Below are positions 12,461-23,013 of a DNA stretch of 64,000 nucleotides, piece after piece. How positions within the stretch are numbered: position 1 is the stretch's first letter; each line of letters begins with the position of its first letter. Below the pieces are notes generated by a model that saw nothing but the letters and a program-made list of their open reading frames with translations, did no database searches and was not told where the DNA came from. A program made the translations under genes and the position numbers. The DNA comes from Pocillopora damicornis (taxonomy: Eukaryota), in contig NW_020846227.1 of assembly GCF_003704095.1 (NCBI RefSeq), positions 434,001-498,000 on the forward strand, read 5' to 3'.

Positions 12461-13991
12461 TTAATCAAACCCTCCTCCATCATCAAAACCTCCGCCATCA
12501 AATCCACCACCATCATCAAACCCCCCACCACCATCAAACCCACCATTGTCACCATAATGTTCATGATACTCAGGGCCTCCATAGTGATGGTGCTCGTGAA
12601 AGTGATCCCCACCACTATGGAAGTGGTCGTGATCATGGATATGGATATGTGACCCGTGCCCATAGTAATGAGGTCCATGCAGAGCATTTGCCATTACTGC
12701 TCCGGCTGCCATTCCAACCAAGAGGTCTCCACCTCTGTCTCTATCCTGGACCACAACTGTCTGAGGTTGCTGAATGACCCCAGGGGTTCCATATCCAACA
12801 GGCTGACCAGGATAACGCTGGTTGTAGTAAGCTGGTGGTGGTCCACGTTGTTGTGGATAGACTGCTTGTCGTGGGTAAGATGAGGGATATTGCACTGGAA
12901 ATAGGAAATTTATCAGAAACTGTTATGAGGGAGACATTGTTTGATAAATATCTCAATGTTTCTGATGATGGAGGTGAGATTTCAGAAAAACAAAGTTAAC
13001 TGTTAATTCCACAGTCAGATACCATTTATTAAGTTATTTGTTACATTAAGCACAACAGAGGCATTATGTGACAAAATGTTGGAAAAAAAATGGAAAATTT
13101 TCTGCTAAGTTGCAGGTAAGCTGGCGTACAAGTTAAAACACCACTTTACTTAATATTTCATGCCATCTTCAATCATGCTCTCTTCACACACAACAACCAT
13201 CAGTGGTCAGCATTTGCCAGTAACAGTGCACTGTTACCCTCTGATTCCAGCTAATTTTACAATCTCGCCCACGAGCTGAGACTTTTCACAAGAAAGAGTC
13301 TCGTATCTACCCCTCGGCAGAAAACTTCCCAACAATTAACATACATACGGTGGCGATACTAACCTACTGTTTGAGTTCCACTGTATTGTGGTGTTACCAC
13401 AGTCGATTGCTGAGTTGTTATCTAATAGTAAACAAACCAGAAATAATAATACGGTTTACGTTACAGAAGTTACTAATCCTGCGTTATATCTTTTCACTAT
13501 AGTTGTGAGAATTCAAACGACAAGTATGTCTTTTCCAGATCAATGGCTTCCATTTCTAGCTAAAGCATCGTTAGGGAGCAAAGTATACAGTTTTCAAAAC
13601 TCCACAAGGTTATAATAAGGGAAAATTTAAGGAATAACTTGGGAGGAGGAAGAAACAATTCACTTGACTAATTCTATTATAGGCATTGGTGTTCAACAAA
13701 ATTGGTGTCGATGTCTGGACGTTAAGTATACGCTTGTCTTCATTACTTCCTGATTAATGAAACGGTGCCAACTTCAGCTTAACATGTCGAATCAAGCATT
13801 CTGCGAGATAAAGCTCGACTGGATGTTCTAAAAATCAGCCTCAAAAGAGAAATTAAAACAAATCTAGTCACCTGCGTGACAGCAATTTAAGGGAAAATAG
13901 TAAATCGAACGATTGCAACTTAGAGAAAAGATGATTTCACTCTGGTTTGTACCCTTACCACAGCACCCGACGAAGAACTCCCGCAACCCAT
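12461..13991 (-). CDS. Uncharacterised 174-aa low-complexity protein (acylation motif, Pro/Gln/Tyr-rich region with PPxY, Gly/Ala hydrophobic segment, His-rich tract, FDGGG tail). Exons 13991-13959, 13421-13364, 12894-12461
   Basis: Three GT-AG exons join in frame (phases 0 and 1): MGCGSSSSGAV|ITTQQSTVVTPQYSGTQTV|VQYPSSYPRQ...GPPPAYY...GDLLVGMAAGAVMANALH...HIHIHDHDHFH...GGFDGGGGFDDGGGFD*. Confidence 0.8.
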
Positions 13992-14912
13992 GAAGAAACA
14001 ATTATAAACGAAAAAGCACCATAGTAGAAAATCGTCTACATTTGCACAACATTTATCACGAGTATCGAAGATTGAACGAAGAAAATCGATTACTAGCAAC
14101 TAATTCTAGTCATAGCGCCTGCGTATGACGTGCGGGTTCCATGGTAACGATGGCAGCAAAAACAGCTGGGACATTTAAAGTGAAAAACATGACGTAGTAT
14201 TTTGGAGAAATTTTGTATATACTTCCCTTGGCCTGTGAAAACAATTCTTCCACGCATCATTCGAGATTCTCGCATCAGACGCTGATCCTGGCATCAGAGA
14301 GGTGTTTTTCCAGGTTATTCAAAAGAGCATTCCAGAAATCGTACCGTCTCAGGTTGAGAATCTTCACGGAAAATTCTGATTTTTTCCGCTTTACTTCTCG
14401 TATTCGTGAATAATAAAAAATAATTTTCCTTCTTCGACTGCCGGCTCGATTAATTCGGCTGAGCCCGAAATTCACAAACAATTTCAATCTTAAAACAAAA
14501 ATTCCTTTCTTCGACATAGTGATATAATGTGGCGGAAACCGAATGTCGATTTTAGATATTAGTCTTCTTGTTGTTGTTGTTGTTTTTGTTCTTATGTTTC
14601 AGTTTGTCATATTTTAGTTGCTTGGTTCTCTGTCTATCTTCTTTATTTTTCATCTTTTTTCCTCGCCGGTAACACTGATGGGGTGTATCTGATTACGTGT
14701 TAAGGATGTCAAAACTGGTGGAAATTTTACACTTACTTTTTAAGTTTGTTCTTACTAGTAATTGCTCAAGATTATCCGAATCTAAACTACCAACCGCAAC
14801 AATAAAGTTTATAATGTCAAATACGACTTAAATCTGCGGTAATGTTATAGAGTCAACAAAAGTTTTCAATACTTTTCAAATGCAAGGCCGTTACAACTTG
14901 GGCAATGTAACG

Positions 14913-15292
14913 TTAAGCTACACCATAACACTTCAGTTTTCCCAATGTATAATATCCTTTTTCGTGCGAGCCATTTAAGTCTCCGAGTCTAATTTGTGTT
15001 ACAGGCAGAACTGCCTTGTCCGTCAACAGACCGCCATCCTCTCTCCAGCCACTGAAACTGCCTCTACAATTACACATGTGACCGCTGGAACAAGAATTTG
15101 TTACTCCGCATGCGCACTTATTGTCATGTCCTGTAGCTCCTCCCCAAAAGTTCATCCGCGTTCCACTGCGTGACACCCACCAAGCATAACCAGCCTCGAA
15201 AAACGCTACACCAGCTGTACACTCAAAATTGAGGAACTGTTCGCAATTTTGTGAGACTCGAGTTAGTGCTGCTAGTTGAGCAATACTGACTC
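14913..15292 (-). CDS. C-terminal Caspr/CNTNAP-type fibrinogen-like domain of a collagen-Ig-FBG family gene (partial, runs into gap)
   Basis: Open frame VSIAQLAALTRVSQNCEQFLNFEC...AWWVSRSGTRMNFWGGA...CACGVTNSC...WREDGGLLTDKAVLPVTQIRLGDL...GYYTLGKLKCYGVA*, which has the pattern of the neurexin-IV/Caspr fibrinogen-like module. Confidence 0.8.
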
Positions 15293-15493
15293 NNNNNNNN
15301 NNNNNNNNNNNNNNNNNNNNNNNNNNNNNNNNNNNNNNNNNNNNNNNNNNNNNNNNNNNNNNNNNNNNNNNNNNNNNNNNNNNNNNNNNNNNCGTATTTA
15401 TGCCTCCCTTGTAATTACATAGGCCCAGGCTTATATAGTTTTCGTAAAACAAAGACTTTGCTTTTTCACAACCTCGCCAAGGCAGACAGTGTT

Positions 15494-16914
15494 ATGGAGA
15501 GATCAAAGATGACCCCAGTTGATAACAAGCTGGTGTTTTCATCCTTATTTCTCTTCGTTATTTGCTTCGCGGGACTGATTCATGTCGAGATCGAACTTTA
15601 CGCTCATCGACAAATGCTTCAAGCCTTGAGTCAACCAAAAGAAGAGAAAGTCGAGCTGAGGAACACAGAAAACGACGAAAAAACGAATGAGATGATCATG
15701 TTATTCCCTTACTCGCATAAAGGTGAGTTTAAGTGCAAAACACTTAGAACGGTAGAACGACCTCTAACTAAAATTGGTTGATGCAGATCCTGAGTAACGT
15801 TCAAAAAGTTGGGAAGTCCGATTTGTAATGTGGAAAGTTTTCATTTGAAATTCGTTTAAACGTTCGTCTCCTCGTTGTTTCTTGAATACCTCTATAGCTT
15901 AAAGTAAAGAGCTGTCGACCCAAGCAATTGTGTTTTTTGTGTTTTTTAATGGTGTAAAGATTCACTAGGTCAGCCTCAACACATCAATCAACAATCAAAG
16001 AGTCACATGCTACTTTACTCAGATGACGATTTGTCTGGTTCTGTTTCGTGTCGTTTCAGTTTGATTTCAAAACATGACATTCCATGCGCAAAAGCTGTTT
16101 TACGAATTGAAGTTATCTTTTGTCGTCTAATGGGTACTTTTATTGAAGTACAACCTAGAAATTTCATTTATTTTTCGCTCGAACGGCCCGGAATGGGGCT
16201 AATTCTTGATGGAATTCACAACAGGAGTAAAATAAAGGAAGTTTCAGGGGAAAATTAATACGCTGGGGATTACAGCTTTGAAACAGTTAAAAATACTTTG
16301 AACAAAATCGTTTTTTTAGAATAATTTTCACATGAGAAGATAAATAAAACCTTAAGAGACACACGGAAAAAAGTCAAGTATCACAACCAACAAATCGAAT
16401 TATCGCCGTTATCGCAACTAATCTCTGGTTTCGACTCAATTTCTGTCGTTTTGTGGAGTTCACTCATTTCTTAGACAGCTGCTGGAAATCGAGCCAACTT
16501 GAATTTGAGTTCGAAATGACCCGGCTTTCAAAATGAGGCCTTGTTCATGGTAATAAATATCCATTTCCGTATGAGGGCCTCGCACTTAGCTTCGTTTTAA
16601 AACGGGCTCTGAGTATTTTCCAAGTGGTCTAATAAAATGAATGGAACTTCGCCGAACTAATTCTGTGAAGTTTCTCGCAGAACCAAAAATTCGTTACAAA
16701 CGGCACGTGAAAGCTACAGACAGGAGATTGAACGGCAGTGTGACCATCGATCGTGAAGCGATCAGAAAAGAAGTACGACTTGTAATCAAGAGCCAGGCCT
16801 GCAGTGTTCATTGCCCCAAGAGCATCAGGGGAAGACGAGGCAGACCTGGTCAAAGAGGGCCCCCAGGTAAACATGGACCACCTGGGCCACAGGGAGTAAA
16901 GGGACCTAAAGGAA
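15494..16914 (+). CDS. N-terminal part of a type II transmembrane collagen-domain protein (exons 15494-15722, 16681-gap)
   Basis: Short N-terminal tail, hydrophobic anchor LVFSSLFLFVICFAGLIHV, stalk, furin-type RYKR, CSVHC, then Gly-X-Y repeats GRRGRPGQRGPPGKHGPPGPQGVKGPKG. Phase-1 GT-AG junction. Confidence 0.8.
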
Positions 16915-17048
16915 NNNNNNNNNNNNNNNNNNNNNNNNNNNNNNNNNNNNNNNNNNNNNNNNNNNNNNNNNNNNNNNNNNNNNNNNNNNNNNNNNNNNNN
17001 NNNNNNNNNNNNNNTGCAACGTGGAATTGACGTTGTTTTTCCTGTTCA

Positions 17049-17261
17049 GAGGGTGTCAATGAGGTGATAGCTTTTACGGCTAACGGTTAAAGTTTTGGCC
17101 AATTTACGGCTAACAGTTAACGTCTTTTCATTGTTTCCATCAGACATTTTTTACGGTTAACGTTTTTTTTCAACTAACGGTTAAAATTTGTCAATTTTTA
17201 CGCCTAACGGCTAAAGTTTAAGGCCGTGTGATGGCTATCAGTTAACCCCATTAAGGACCTC
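17049..17261. mobile_element. 213-bp MITE with internal tandem subrepeats (ttttacggctaacggttaa)
   Basis: Inverted termini gagggtgtcaatgaggt / accccattaaggacctc, flanked by duplicated tgttca. The paralogous block near 21690 lacks the insertion. Confidence 0.75.
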
Positions 17262-18006
17262 TGTTCAAGGAGTCACGGTGTGCTTGCCAGAAAAGGAATA
17301 ACGATTCAGGATTTCTAGAGCCTTAGACTTCGGATTAGTCCACTTCTTCATTTGACTTTTCAGATATTTATCTTTCAATGGGTGCTGACAAAGAGATAGG
17401 AAGTGCTTCTTTTCTCGTACCCAAGCCTCTCTCCAGGCTTATATGTTGATCTTGACAGATAATAGATTGGCAGCCTTCCTTCCTTCCATCCATAGTCTAG
17501 TCCAAGGCTAAATAGGGTCATACAAACAATGAAAAATGCTGTTTTTGATGGTATTGGAATCTACTCTGTTTAGATGATTATTTCTAGTATTCCAAATGCT
17601 ATGCTTAACATTTATAGTGTAATTAGAAAGTTACCTCCAATTTCTAGAGCTTTGGGAACGCCATGCTAGGGATGACACTTGCAGGGAAGGACATAACGAA
17701 TGGCATTAGAGAACTTGCTCCACACCAATTTGAATACTTTCACTAATATAAAGACTAAGGAATAGCCATCTTTCAGAAAATGCAACAGACCTTCCTTGGC
17801 TAGCTGCCTTGTTTATTGACGTTATGTAAGGGTTGGAAAACCAATGGGTTCTTCGCAAAAGAAAGTCAAGCTAAAGAAATAAAAAAGTTAGCTTTCTAAA
17901 ATCTCTTTAATCAAGTCCTTACTTAAAATTAATGCAACTGAATTTCAGAAAGATTGATATTTTTCCAAGTTCAGTCACACTTGCTGCACTATACATATTA
18001 AAATGT

Positions 18007-18716
18007 AAGCCACGTCATAACACTTGAGTTTTCCTAATGTATGATATCCTTCTTCTGATCTGGGTCACGGTCACCCATGTCACAGTACACATTGAAGGGT
18101 GTCACGCCTCCTTTTCCATCAGGATCAATCATATAAGTACCTGAAGATTTTCCTCCACTGTGTGTCTTTATGTCACTACAAGAGGTTGGTTTTCGAAATT
18201 CAAGCACGGTAGTTGCAATAACAAAGCGGTGAATATTTCGTGTGATGCAACTGTAGGATCCAGCATCGTGGCGAGCAACATTTTTTAAAAGTAGAGAGCC
18301 ATTTGAATAAAGGATATGACCTGAGGGCAGACCTTGACCGTTCCCCTGCCATACGACTTCTCTTGCTCCTTGTGGTTTGCAAGTCAGTAACACATTTTCT
18401 GAGGTGAGGCCAAACGTTTATGGGGAGGGAGTAATGTGAACTTGGGTTGTTCAAACACGGTGACTTGTGTATGGGCCGAGTCCTCGTTAAGAATGTTCTT
18501 TGCCGAACATGTGTAGTCTCCTCTGTCTGTTTTAGTCACATTGGTTATTTCCAATCTGCCATTAAAAACTCTTAATCTTTTGGATTTACATGTGACCGAC
18601 TGCTTTTCGCTACGTGACCGTTGGTGTCGGCTGACCGATAGCTTGGCAAACCAGACTCACCTTCTATCCTTCTTCAACGATAACTGATGAGGGTTTTTGA
18701 ATGATGGATGCACCAA
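18007..18716 (-). pseudogene. Pseudogene of the Ig-Ig-fibrinogen-like exon of the collagen-Ig-FBG family
   Basis: Ig motifs (VSLVCQAIGQPTPTVT, DRGDYTC, DAGSYSC) are interrupted by TAG/TAA stops and frameshifts. The FBG start (SCSDIK...SGTYMIDPDGKGGVTPFNVYCDM) is fused by deletion to the extreme C-terminus (EGYHTLGKLKCY). Confidence 0.8.
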
Positions 18717-20022
18717 CTGAATGAAAAACCGAGAGGTAAAAAAAGGTAAGCAAACTTTATCTATCTTCTCATGTGAAAATTATTCTAAAAAAACGTTTCT
18801 CTCCCAAGTACTTTTAGTTTTTCAAAGCTGTAATCTCAAGCGAATTAAAGCTCCTCCTAAGCCTTTATTGTGCTCTAGTTGTGAATTCCATAAAGAATTA
18901 GTTTTTCCGGCCGCTCGAGCGAAAAATATTGAAATTTTTTTAGTAATTCATCAATAAAAGTAACATTAAGGGGTAAAAGATAACTTCTTTTGGTAAAACA
19001 GCTTTTGCACAAGGAATGTTATATTTTTAAATCAAACTGAAACGACACGAAACAGAGCCAAAATAATCATCATTTGAGTAGAGCAGCACGTGACTCTTTG
19101 ACTGTTGACTGATGTGTTGAGGTTAACCTAAATAATTTTTATACCGAAAATAAAACTCTGCATTTTAAGTCTTGATCAGACTCGTCTTGAAAGCTGAAAG
19201 AAAATAAAATGTGGGCATCAGAGGAGTTTTTTTTTTTCCTGTCGTTAATTCTCAAAGGCTCAGTATCAATCTTAACAGAGTGTCATTCTGTTTGCTTACG
19301 ATGCAAAAACATCCTCTCTTATAGTTACGCTTTTGATTTGAAATAAAGGGTTAAATAAAAAAAAATTTTAAAAAAATAGACAGGAAGTGCTTCTTTTCTC
19401 GTACCCAAGCCTCTCTCATGGCTTATATGCTGATCATGACAGATAATAGATTGGCAGTCTTTCTTCCTTAGTCTGGTTCAAGGCCGCAATAGGGTCATAC
19501 GAGTGAGGAAGAATTCTGTTTTTGATGTTATTGAAATCTTTTCTGTGTAGCTGATCATTTTTAGTATTCCAGATGCTATGCCTAACATTTGTAGAGTAAC
19601 TAGAAAGTTAGCTCCAATTTCTAAAGCTTTGGGAACGCAATACTCACGATGCCACTGGTAGGAAAGACATAACCAATCTCATTGGAGATCTTGCTTTACA
19701 CCAATTTGAATTATTTCACTAAAAAAAGACTGAGGAATAGTCATCTTTTAGAAAATGTCCGACCTTCCTCGGTCAAACCTTGTTTATTGACGTAATGTGA
19801 GGGTTGGAAAACCAATGGAGTTTCTTCGCAAAAAAAAAAAAACTTGATCACCCAATCAAGCTAAAGAACTGAAAAAGTTAGATTTTTTAAAATCTCTTGA
19901 CTCAACTCCTTCCTGACAACCAAGGCAACTAAAATTCAGAAAGATCTTTTTTGTGTTTCCAAGTTCAGTCACACTTGCTGCACTGTACTAAGCTGCTGTA
20001 CTGTATATATTAAGATGTGGCC

Positions 20023-20504
20023 TTATGCCACACCATAACACTTGAGTTTCCCTAATGTATGATATCCTTCTTCCGTAATATGATTCAAGTCTCCGAGTAT
20101 GATTTGTGTAACTGGTAAAGCAGACTTGTCTGTCAACAGACCGCTGTCTTCTCTCCAGCCACTGCCACTGTTGTGACAATTACACTTTTTGCCATTTGAA
20201 CAAGAATTTGTTACTCCACATGCGCACATCTTATCAGAGCCTGATGCTCCTCCCCAGTAGTTCATCTTTGTTCCATCACGTGACACCCACCAAGCGTAAT
20301 TTTGCTCGATAAAAGCTACGTCATGGTTGCACTCGAACTTGATAAACTGTTCACAGCTCTGTGAGACTCGAGTGAGCGCTGCCAGCTGAGCGGTGCTGAC
20401 TCCAGTGTATCGCACATCTTTTCTGTAACATCCGCGTCCACCACATCCAGGAATGTTCCCAACATGAGTTCTTCTCTCACTGTCATGACTGATGACCGTC
20501 ACGC
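20023..20504 (-). CDS. C-terminal Caspr-type fibrinogen-like domain, second copy with an intact frame (partial, runs into gap)
   Basis: VTVISHDSERRTHV...CEQFIKFEC...WWVSRDGTKMNYWGGA...CACGVTNSC...EEGYHTLGKLKCYGVA*, a paralog of 14913-15292. Confidence 0.8.
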
Positions 20505-20787
20505 NNNNNNNNNNNNNNNNNNNNNNNNNNNNNNNNNNNNNNNNNNNNNNNNNNNNNNNNNNNNNNNNNNNNNNNNNNNNNNNNNNNNNNNNNNNNNNNN
20601 NNNNTTTTTTTTAAACCTTTTTTTCCTTGTTGGTAACACTGATGGGGTGTATATAATTACGTGTTAGAGATGTCAAAATTAGTGGAAATTTTGAACTTAG
20701 CTTTTCAGCTTGTTTTAATAATTGCTCAAAATTATCCGAATCAAAACTACCAACCGCGGCAATCAAGTGCACAATTTAAAATGCGAC

Positions 20788-20998
20788 TTAACCCTTTAAA
20801 CCCTAAGAGTGACCAACATGTGATTTCTCCTTACAGTAACACTGCTGAATCATTCATTAAGATCATGAGAAGAAAAGAAATGATCGCCAACCCGAAAAGC
20901 TACGATTGTTAAACAAATTCTCCTTGTCAGTACCAAAGGAAATGTATAGAGAAGAGTATAGAGAATATGGATGCTGGTGTGAGGGTGTAAAGGTTTAA
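20788..20998. mobile_element. piggyBac-type MITE with TTAA target-site duplication confirmed by an empty paralogous site
   Basis: Filled site gacTTAA[ccctttaaaccc...gggtgtaaaggt]TTAAatctgcgg versus empty paralogous site gacTTAAatctgcgg near 14825-14840. Confidence 0.85.
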
Positions 20999-21069
20999 AT
21001 CTGCGGTAACGTTATGGAGTCAACGGACATTTGGTTTTCGAGGCCGGGTAACTCCTGCGTAGTTTAACG

Positions 21070-21322
21070 TTAAGCCACACCATAACACTTCACTTTTCCC
21101 AACGTATACCCTTTTTCGTGCAGGTCATTCAAGTCTCCGAGTCTAATTTGTGTCACCGGCAGAACAGCTTTGTCTGTTAACAGACCGCCATGTTCTCTCC
21201 AGCCACCGAAAGGGCCTCTACAATTATACATTAAACCGCTAGAACAAGAATTTGTTACTCTTCATGCGCACTTATTGTCATGTTCCGTAGCTCCCCCGCA
21301 ATAGTTCATCCGCGTTCCACTG
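21070..21322 (-). pseudogene. Truncated fibrinogen-like C-terminal fragment, close to the 14913 copy
   Basis: Aligns by eye with 14913-15170. It carries a TGA in the CACG motif and a small deletion near GYYTL, and is cut off by unrelated sequence at about 21322. Confidence 0.75.
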
Positions 21323-22800
21323 TTCACACGTTCTTTGATTTTTCCATAACACGGAACGAAAGGCGAAACTGAAGTAAGATCTGTCAAGCATGAAAATAGC
21401 TTCTTCAAACTGCAACACAAGTATTTATAATCAAGCGAGATATTACGCGTGGGTATGGAGTTCTTACCCTCGAGTGACCTTGTGCTTTCTGGTATCAGTT
21501 TATACTGGTCAAGTTTTATTTCTCTTTTTAATTAAAGCTTCACCACTTCCTATAAGAACTTTCCCGGTCAGCTTAGGATTTGCAATTGCAATTGTGGCAA
21601 TGTCACAATCGGTTGGATGCAACCGTGTTCTGGATATCTTTATTAAGAAGAATTATTCGCCGATGTAACATAGAATTGACGTTGCTTTCCTTGTTCGAGG
21701 AGTCACGGCGTGCTTACCAGAAAAGAAATGACGATTCAGGATTTCTGGGGCCTTAAACTTCGGATTGGTCCACTTCTTCTTTTGCGTTTTCAGATATTTA
21801 TCTTTCAGTGGGTGCTGACAAAGAGATAGGAAGTGCTTCTTTTCTCGTACCCAAGCCTCTCTCATGGCTATTTTGTTGATCATAAGGGATAATAGATTGG
21901 CAGTCTTCCTTCCTCCAGCTCCATGACTTGCACAATAGCAAAGTCCTTGCCTAATAAGTTCTTTACAGAACATGATATGTAGTCTCCACCGTCTGTTTTA
22001 GTAGCATGGGATATTCCAATCTGCTATTAAGAACTCTTGATCTTTCTTTTGACATGTGACCGACTACCACGTGGCAGCTTGGCAAAAAAGATCATGATCA
22101 CCCTATCAAGTTAAAGAACTAAAAAAGTTAGGTTTTCAAAATCTCCTAACTTACAACTAATGTAACTAAAATTTAGAAAGATTGATATTTTTTTTTTCCA
22201 AGTTCAGTCAACCTTGTTGCACTGTAGTAAGCTGCTGTTCTGTATATATCAAAATGTGGCCTAAAATAGGGTCATACAAAAATAACGAAAAATGCTGTTT
22301 TGATGGCATTGAAATCTCTTCTGTGAAGATGATCATTTCTAGGATTCCAAATGCTATGCTTAACATTTATGAGATAACTAGAAAAGTAACTCCAATTTCC
22401 AGAGCTTTGGGAGCGCCATGCTAACGATGTCACTGGCAGGAAAGACATAAAGAATGGCATTAGAGAACATGCTCCACACCGATTTGAATACTTTCACTTA
22501 TAAAAAGACTAAGGAATAGTCATCTTTCAGAAAATGCAACGGACCTTCCTTGGCCGGCTGCCCTGTTTATTGACGTATTACAAGGGTCGGAAAACTAATG
22601 GAGTTTCTTCGCTAAAAAAAGTCAAGATCACCCTATCAAGCTAAAGAAATGAAAAGCTAGGTTTTTAAAATTTCTTGGTAACTCAAGTCCTTATTTAAAA
22701 CTAATGCAGCTAAAATTCGGAAAAATTGATATTTTTCGAAGTTCAGTCACACTTGCTGCACTGTAGTAAGCTGCTGTATTGTAAATATTAAAATGTGGTC

Positions 22801-23013
22801 TCATGCCACACCATAACACTTAAGTTTTCCTAATGTATGATATCCTTCTTCATTAGAATCATTTAAGTCTCCGAGTCTGATCTGGGTCACGGGGAGAACA
22901 GACTTGTCTGTCAATAGACCGCTGTCTTCTTTCCAGCCACTGTCAATGCGACGGTTGTAACAATTACACTTTTTGCCATTAGAACAAGAATTTGTTGCTC
23001 CACATGCGCACAT
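22801..23013 (-). pseudogene. Truncated fibrinogen-like C-terminal fragment
   Basis: MCACGATNSCSNGKKCNC...WKEDSGLLTDKSVLPVTQIRLGDLNDSNEEGYHTLGKLKCYGVA*, with unrelated sequence 5' of the homologous part. Confidence 0.7.

Noticed and set aside
12322-12956. Overlapping ORFs in other frames and on the opposite strand of the His/Gly-rich exon
   Set aside because: They are shadows of low-complexity codon repeats. Only the 12894-12461 frame joins upstream exons in phase.
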